Under the pieces are notes generated by a model. The model saw only the letters and a list, made by a program, of their open reading frames with translations. It made no database searches and was not told the origin of the DNA. A stretch of DNA of 64,000 nucleotides, taken from assembly GCA_052327205.1 (NCBI GenBank), contig CM126203.1, positions 153,078,001 to 153,142,000 of the forward strand. Direction: 5' to 3'. The DNA is from Somniosus microcephalus. Its lineage: Eukaryota. This document shows, in pieces, positions 57,698 to 64,000 of the stretch. Positions within the stretch are counted from its first letter, which is position 1. Every line of letters starts with the position of its first letter. The translations under genes and the position numbers were made by a program.

Positions 57698-58761
57698 TAC
57701 TACATATAACTAACCCCACTACCTCACTCCACAACACATCAAGCAGTTTGGCCAACTCTCAGGATAGAAGCTTAATTTCTCTAGAGTAGAGGTATATCTC
57801 TTTATTCGGAATATCCCCACACAAATACCTAAGCCCTAGCAACACATCAAAAATGTTCTTCATGTGCCTGTGCATAAAATTAACACTCTATTCAAAAGGA
57901 ACTTGCTTTCTCTACTAGCTAACCTACTTGCTGACCTGGACAAATGGAATAGTCTACCCATGCTATCCCTAGAAAAGACACAGGGATATATCATGTCAGA
58001 ATAACATCAGCCTCCACATGAAATTGGAAAAGTACCAAGGTACTCTGGGCTCATTCCCATTACCCCAAGCACCCAAACCTCCCCTGAAGGGAATAGAATT
58101 GTGGGCCTCACTTATGTATTGTACAGCAAGTAAACCTGCATGCAGCAGATGACCACAAATCTGGATACCCGCTCAGGGGTGTATGGCAAATGACCTGCGG
58201 AACGGTCCAGGCGGCGGAAGCATTGCTTGAGCACACCAATTGTTTGTCCGATCATGTTTCTAGAGGAGACATGGCTCTCATTGTAGGCCAGCTCTGCACC
58301 TGTGCCTGGGTTCCTGACAGGAATCATGAGCCATGTCTGGGGGGGATATTCCTTGTAGCCCAGTAGCCAGCCTGTAACCTGATGGCCTGGCTGGAATAAA
58401 GGAGGCACAGAGGACTTGTGCAGGATGAATGAATCATGACTGCTGCCAGGAAACCAGCACAGAGCTGTATGATATGCTGCCTTTGGTCACAAACCAGGTG
58501 TACATTGAGGGAGTGGAATCCCTTTCAATTGATAAAGATGCCAGGCTGGTGATGGGGAGCATGCAAGGCAATGTTGGTGCAATCTATGGCACCTTGCACC
58601 CTGGGGAAGCCTGCAATGCAGCTGAAGCCTAAAGCTCTCTAATCCTGCTTCACTCTGTCCATGGGGAAGGAAATGTAGGTGTTCCTCCTGGTATAGACAA
58701 CCTCAGGAACCACCCTGATACAACGATGGACTGTAAACTGTGAGATGTTGCTGATGTGACG

Positions 58762-59403
58762 TGTCAGCTGTGGCTCAGTGGGTAGCACTGTCACCTCTGA
58801 GTTAGAAGGTCGTGGGTTCAAGTCCCACTTCAGAGACTTGAGCACAACAATCTAGGCTGACACTCCAGTGCAGTACTGAGGGAGTGCTGCACTGTCGGAG
58901 GTGCCATTTATTGGATGAGACGTTAAACCGAGGCCCCATTTGCTCTCTCAGGTGGACGTAAAGGTTCCCTTGGCACCAATGTCCCTGTAAAACTGTGCAA
59001 CCGTGCAGCAGTCTGGAGGTCCCACACAGCCGGCTCACCGACTTTTAAATGGAAAATTGAGCATGCACGAAAATTTGAATGGGCCGCACAGTCTGTTAAT
59101 GGGACCGCATACCCTCAAAAAAATTAGAGGGAACATTGCTTGGCACTATTTCGAAAAAGAGCAGAGGAGTTATGCCTGGTGTCCTGGCCAATATTTATCC
59201 TTTGATCAACATCACAAAAAACAGATTATTTGGTCATTATCAGATTGCTGTTTGTGGGAGCTTGCTGTGTGCAAATTGGCTGCTGTGTTTACTACATTAC
59301 AACAGTGACTACACTCCAAAAGTACTTCACTGGCTGTTAAGCGCTTTGGGGTGTCCTGAGGTCATGAAAGGTGCTATATAAATGCAAGTCTTTATTTTTT
59401 CTT
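58762..59403 (+). mobile_element. Deu-domain SINE (SacSINE1/AmnSINE1-like)
   Basis: tRNA head with A box TGGCTCAGTGG and B box GGTTCAAGTCC; core GCTGTTTGTGGGAGCTTGCTGTGTGCAAATTGGCTGC; L2-like tail GCTATATAAATGCAAGT. Confidence 0.88.
58977..59138. mobile_element. hAT-type MITE (162 bp) inside the SINE
   Basis: 8-bp TSD CTTGGCAC (58969-58976, 59139-59146); TIR CAATGTCCCTGTAA / TTAGAGGGAACATTG. Confidence 0.93.
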
Positions 59404-60276
59404 ATGTCATCTGCTGCAGCCTGGAAGGAGCCAGTTGCATAAAAGTTAAGGGCCACGGTGACCTTTACAGCCACAGTCAGTCTTGTCCATGCCCTGGTGC
59501 GAGGCTGACGTTGTGTCTGCAGTAGGTGATGTAGCTCGGCAACAGCCTCCTTTATGAAGCGAAGGCACCTCATACATTGTCTTAAGTGAAGCTGATGTAG
59601 GAGAAGTGCTCCCTGAATACCCGCTGTCACTATCACCTCCTGCGCAGTGCCCTCTTCCTCCTCTCTCTTGTCGCAAATGCTCCTGCTTTTTGCTGTCTTC
59701 ATTGCTGCTCCTCCAGCCCCAAAGGCAGCCCTACCAGATGGCCCATGATAGCGGTCAAATGGTTTAGAAGCCACCAAAAAACAGTGCAACACCAGAAAAA
59801 TCTTCGCCTCAGCATTTAACAGCTTTCCAGAGTCAAAAAACAGGCCAAAAATGCCCAGAAGTTAACCAGCGGCCTGAAATGACAAACCAGCCACTAACAT
59901 GCAAGCACTGGAAGATCCCTTTAAATATTTAGGGGGAAAAATTCGGTATCGCCCCATATGGGGCGCCATTACTGGCGGTGTGCAAAGTTTAGCGCCTGGC
60001 ACTAATTATCGCCTCCGACAGCAAACTTGGCTTTTATCGCCCCTGGAGGTGATTGGAGCGCTAAATCAGGCGCTACACACCTCTCTTAAGGCGCTAAGGC
60101 CGAGGAGCGAGGCGCTACCTCAGAGGTGCTGTCAGTTAGCGATGGAACACAGACACACTGGCGCCGGTCAGTTCTTAAAGGGGGGGGTCCATCTTGCTCT
60201 GCAGCCACACCCTGCTCATTGGAGCCTTGAATCTCGGCCTGGGCAGACCTGTGGCTAAATCTAGTAACCAAACACT

Positions 60277-61874
60277 ATGGAGAGGGCCAGGGAGCGAGCA
60301 CAGTGCTTCTGCGTGCGGGCCTTGGAGGCTCTGGTTGACGCGGTGGAGCGCAGAAGATCCATTCTGTACCCAGAGAGTGGCAGGAGGCCTTTGCCACGTG
60401 AGTACAGAAGAGTGTGGAGGGAGGTGGCTCAGAGAGTCTGCTCAAGCAGCATGGTGCCTAGGACCCATCTCCAATGTAGGAAAAAGTTCACCGACCTCAC
60501 TCAGGTCGTCAGGGTGAGTGCCTTTTTTCAAAACCTCTTCATCCCTCCATCTCAACCTCACTTTATTGCCAGAGGGTCTTGAAAGCCCCAGTGCCCAACT
60601 CTCATCCAACACCTATGGCCCTTTCATCAAACACACACGCACATTCCACACTTTGCATACAGTAAGGGCTATTTAACCATGGGAGGCATTTCAGGCAAGA
60701 CCATGGCTGCATACAGTAAGGGCTATTCAACCATGGGAGGCATTTCAGGCAAGACCATGACTGCATACAGTAAGGGCTAATCAACCATATTCCACTTGTT
60801 CCTCACAACAGCAGCCTTTGACACTTTCAATCCAAATCACTAAATCGCTGCACTCATGCCTCCCTTGCTGCCACCCTGTCCTCACGCTAAAGCCACTCTT
60901 GTACCTCCCTGCTTTCAGATGGTGATTCCCCAGGTGAGGAGATGGGCCCTCAAGCTGCCAGTGGGAGTGAAGCTGAAGGCGAGGAGGAAGAGGAAGCCGG
61001 ACCATCAGCGCCACCTTCTACCGAGGCAGCCCATGCCTACACTGGGAACACGCTTTCCCAGGAGGGGAGCAGGGGGGAAGGGTCTGATGAGGGTGAAGCT
61101 CCAGGACCCAGCGGGCTACAGCAACGCGATGGGGGTAGGGAAGCTTGGGGGCCTTCTCCCCGGAGGGAGAGTATGGCTTCGAGTCCTGCTGCACTGGACG
61201 CAGAGGAGGAGTGGATCCTCGCTGAAATGAGCGCCCAGGCGGAGCACAGGCACACTGAGCTCATGGCTGCAGTGGCAAGGTTGCCCGAATCCACTGAATC
61301 ACTGGCAAGGAGTGTGGAGCACTTCGCTGTAGCACAGGCGGCTGCCACGCAAATGCTTAGTGCTGCAATGCAGTCAGTGGCTGGTCTCATGCAGACGCAG
61401 ATTGAGGCCACGCGAGCACTGACTGCTGCCACCCTCGCTGGATCGGGCACATTTCCCCGGGGCTCTCACCGCGCCGCAGCAGGCCAGCAATCTGTGCTCC
61501 AGCAGATTGCTCCGGATGCTGAAGTGCTGCCCCGTGGGAGTGCCAGTGTGTCGGTCGAGCAGGGAGTTGCTGTCCTCTCTCAAGATGACAGCATTCCTGC
61601 TGCCACCACTGGCACTTCTCCACTGCAGTTGCCACCACCTGTAGGTCAGACTGCTGCCGCCCATGCAGAGTTGGTGCAGTCTGCAGCCGGGCCCTCCAGG
61701 CCCAGAGCTGGTCCAGGCTGTCCCTCAAGGGCATCTGCAGTCTCAGTTTCTGACAATCAGCAGAAGTCCCCCAGCCTTGCTCCAGCCACTGGGGTCCCAT
61801 TACAGAGGAGCTGCAGGGTGGGAAGGGGGGAATTTCGCACAGGAAGGAGATCACCCTCGAAGGGCAAAAAGTAG
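60277..61874 (+). CDS. Harbinger Myb/SANT-like DNA-binding protein (exons 60277-60513 and 60919-61874)
   Basis: ALEALVDAVERRRSILYP...WREVAQRV...QCRKKFTDL; donor AGG|GTGAGT; acceptor CTTTCAG; low-complexity C-terminus with a basic tail. Exon phases do not match. Confidence 0.8.
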
Positions 61875-62185
61875 GAGGTGTGACAAAATGTTGTTCATTG
61901 TTTTATTAAAGGCCGAGGTTTGTGGTCAAATTTTTGTAACTGTTTTGGACATTGTCTCCAGGTTGTGAGAGCCAGTTATGTGAATGACTGCTTTTCTTTG
62001 TGTTGCTTTCTATTACTTTGTCATTCGGAAATGAGACACACAGAGTTTGGGAAATAAAGAAGTGTCTGTATTCAAAATGTACATGTTTGGTCTTTGCAAT
62101 CATTGTTGCCTTGACCGGCTTAGGGGTTGCGGGATGGTTTCATTCAGGTTGTTTGAATGGCAGAAGCCATTTCCTCAGAGGGAGC

Positions 62186-62650
62186 CTAGAAGCGACTTGC
62201 TATGAGCCTTTGACGGACGGACATTCCACTTTGTGCCTCCCTACCGCCTTGGAGCTGCTGATGATCATCCTCCTCATCTTTCTCCTCCTCTTCCTCCTCC
62301 TCCTCTGCTGGTGCTCCAATGCCTGGTGGCATTGGCTGGGTCCTGAGGATTGCAAGGTTGTGCAGCATGCAGCACACAACAACGAAGTGGGAGACTCGCT
62401 CAGGCGAGTACTGCAGGGCTCCTCCAGAATGGTCCAGACAGCGGAACCGTTGCTTGAGAACGCCGATTGTGTGCTCAACGATGATCCTGGTAGCTTGATG
62501 GCTCTCATCGTATCGTAGCTCAGCAGGGGTGCTGGGCGAACGGAGCGGTGTCATCAGCCAGGTGCACAGAGGATATCCCTTGTCCCCGAGCCAACCTCCT
62601 GGGTGATGCGGTGCCTGGAAAAGGTCTGCCACAGAAGTCTGGTGCAGGGT
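62186..62650 (-). CDS. Harbinger transposase C-terminal part
   Basis: WLGDKGYP, IVEHTIGVLKQRFRCLD, CCMLHN. Confidence 0.93.
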   Translation of the reverse strand, partial: TLHQTSVADLFQAPHHPGGWLGDKGYPLCTWLMTPLRSPSTPAELRYDESHQATRIIVEHTIGVLKQRFRCLDHSGGALQYSPERVSHFVVVCCMLHNLAILRTQPMPPGIGAPAEEEEEEEEKDEEDDHQQLQGGREAQSGMSVRQRLIASRF

Positions 62651-62852
62651 TGTTATGTATTGCGTGTTCTCCTCCCACCTGTGGTGGCGCTGTCACAGCA
62701 GATAAATGGTTGGGTGTTCTCTTGGTTAAGTTTAGCTCTCTTTGTTCGGAACCCTCCAGAACTTTCCTTCTTCCCTGAATAAAGCACTTCATGTTTGAAT
62801 CTCTGAGTTCTGAGTCCTAATTGTGTCTAGGTCGAAAGGTACCGACACAACA
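62651..62852 (+). mobile_element. Gypsy 5' LTR (202 bp) with a tRNA-Ser(GCT)-like PBS at 62856-62873
   Basis: TGTTA...CAACA termini; AATAAA; TGGCGACGAGGATCGGAT 3 nt downstream. Confidence 0.92.
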
Positions 62853-62993
62853 AAGTGGCGACGAGGATCGGATGAATCTGCGTTGTGAGAACTTTCTTGT
62901 TTTCAACTACAAAACACTCGGAACAGAGATTGCAGCATTACATTAACGTTACGGGTGCAGTGAGTAAACAGAAATTTAAATTTGAAACGTGAG

Positions 62994-64000
62994 ATGGCTA
63001 CTATATTAGGAAACATCGGTGATTTTGATGAAAATGTGGAGCAATGGAGCGCTTATACGGAACGTTTTGACTATTTTGTCTTGGCGAATGCGGTGGCAAA
63101 CGAAAGGGTCGTGCCTACCTTTTTGAGTGTAATGGGGCCGAAGACATTCAATTTACTTCGCAGCCTTGTGCAGCCAGATAAGCCAGGAACTAAGACATAT
63201 AAGCAACCGGTGGAAATTCTTGGAGCACATTTTTCACCAAAACCTCTGGTGATTGCTGAGAGATTTAGATTTCACAAACGGAATCAAGAGGAGGGGGAAT
63301 CAGTGATGATGTTTATTGCTGTTTTAAAAAGGTTGTCGGAACACTGCCAGTTCAAGGAGGTGCTGAATGACACCATTAGAAACAGACTTGTGTGTGGTCT
63401 GCAAAGTGCAGCCACACAGAAGCGCCTTCTCACTGAGGACAACCTTACTCTTGAAAAGGCCATTGGAGTTAGTGTCTCCATGGAGATGGCGGAAAAGGAG
63501 GCTCACCAGTTGAGTTCAACAGGGAGAGTTCACAAGGTGTCGTCTGAGTCTAAAGGTGCGCGGAACGGCACATGTTACCATTGTGGGAAAACGGGCCATC
63601 ACGCTAATGACTGCTGGTGTACGGAGCTGGAATGCCGAAATTGTGGCAAAAAGGGTCACATTGAACGCGCCTGTAGAGGTAAAAAAAGAACAGACAGAGC
63701 TGGGAAGCTTGGAAGCAAAATGTCTGTATTTGGACAAGCGAGGAAAAAGAGTGTTCATTCAGTGCAGTATGATGGAACAAGCAAAACAGAGGGGAGCGAC
63801 ACCTCTGAGGAGGAAGAGGTGCACATACTGATGGTTGCAGGTGGTTCAAATGGCTACTGGGTGTCACCACTGGTGGAGGGACAACCAGTACGGATGGAGG
63901 TGGACACAGGCGCGGCTGTGTCCCTTGTTTCAGACACTGACTACAACAAAATGCTAAAGCATCTTACACTTCAGCCAACAAACATTGTGCTAAAGACGTA
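62994..64000 (+). CDS. gag: Gypsy (Mag-like) Gag-protease, open to the window end
   Basis: My translation from ATG 62994: QWSAYTERF, AERFRFHKRNQEEGESV, two CCHC knuckles CYHCGKTGHHANDC and CRNCGKKGHIERAC, protease VDTGAAVS. Absent from the ORF track because there is no stop in the window. Confidence 0.93.
   Translation, partial: MATILGNIGDFDENVEQWSAYTERFDYFVLANAVANERVVPTFLSVMGPKTFNLLRSLVQPDKPGTKTYKQPVEILGAHFSPKPLVIAERFRFHKRNQEEGESVMMFIAVLKRLSEHCQFKEVLNDTIRNRLVCGLQSAATQKRLLTEDNLTLEKAIGVSVSMEMAEKEAHQLSSTGRVHKVSSESKGARNGTCYHCGKTGHHANDCWCTELECRNCGKKGHIERACRGKKRTDRAGKLGSKMSVFGQARKKSVHSVQYDGTSKTEGSDTSEEEEVHILMVAGGSNGYWVSPLVEGQPVRMEVDTGAAVSLVSDTDYNKMLKHLTLQPTNIVLKT

Larger units (their letters stand above)
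58130..59750 (-). pseudogene. Decayed Harbinger transposase (element C), split by a SINE
   Basis: VKVTVALNFYATGSFQAAADDI|SNISQFTVHRCI, WLLGYKEYP, IGVLKQCFRRLD, VICCM. Confidence 0.9.
59932..62650. mobile_element. Harbinger transposon D (interrupted by Gypsy; remainder outside the window)
   Basis: TTA followed by terminus GGGGGAAAATTC; Myb/SANT gene on +; convergent transposase on -. Confidence 0.9.

Noticed and set aside
57720-58110. Possible old L1/Tx1 fragment (DLDKWNSLPMLSL)
   Set aside because: Too decayed to support by eye.
58764-58830. tRNA-like sequence
   Set aside because: Head of a Deu-SINE, continuous with the SINE body; not a tRNA gene.
1-64000. Idea that the Gypsy pieces at the two window edges belong to one element or a tandem pair
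   Set aside because: The LTRs at 1221-1407 and 62651-62852 do not match in sequence.

Overview
Eukaryotic, repeat-saturated intergenic or intronic DNA, most likely from a cartilaginous fish. That assignment is inferred from the mix of esterase-bearing CR1 LINEs, a Deu-domain SINE, L2/RTE LINEs, Penelope and many PIF/Harbinger elements. I could not identify any host protein-coding gene with confidence. Most of the window is a deeply nested transposon cluster. It holds two Gypsy LTR elements cut by the window edges, about six large CR1 LINEs (two with uninterrupted ORF2), a split L2, a split RTE, four overlapping Harbinger elements plus their MITEs, hAT and Tc1/pogo-type MITEs, and two SINEs. 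Four items stand out. (1) A retrovirus-like LTR element at 41429-48775 has a tRNA-Arg primer site, a CCHC gag and a YVDD RT with a degenerate tether; a Penelope retroelement carrying hammerhead ribozymes has replaced its 3' half. (2) An unnamed foldback element with a Helitron-like 3' end occurs twice, each time beside a different kilobase-scale minisatellite. (3) A full-length CR1 has a 5' UTR built from TATA-plus-splice-donor monomers and a duplicated 3' recognition stem-loop. (4) Both uninterrupted CR1 ORF2s carry substitutions at endonuclease catalytic residues. All calls are by eye; boundaries not anchored by a TSD or TIR are approximate.
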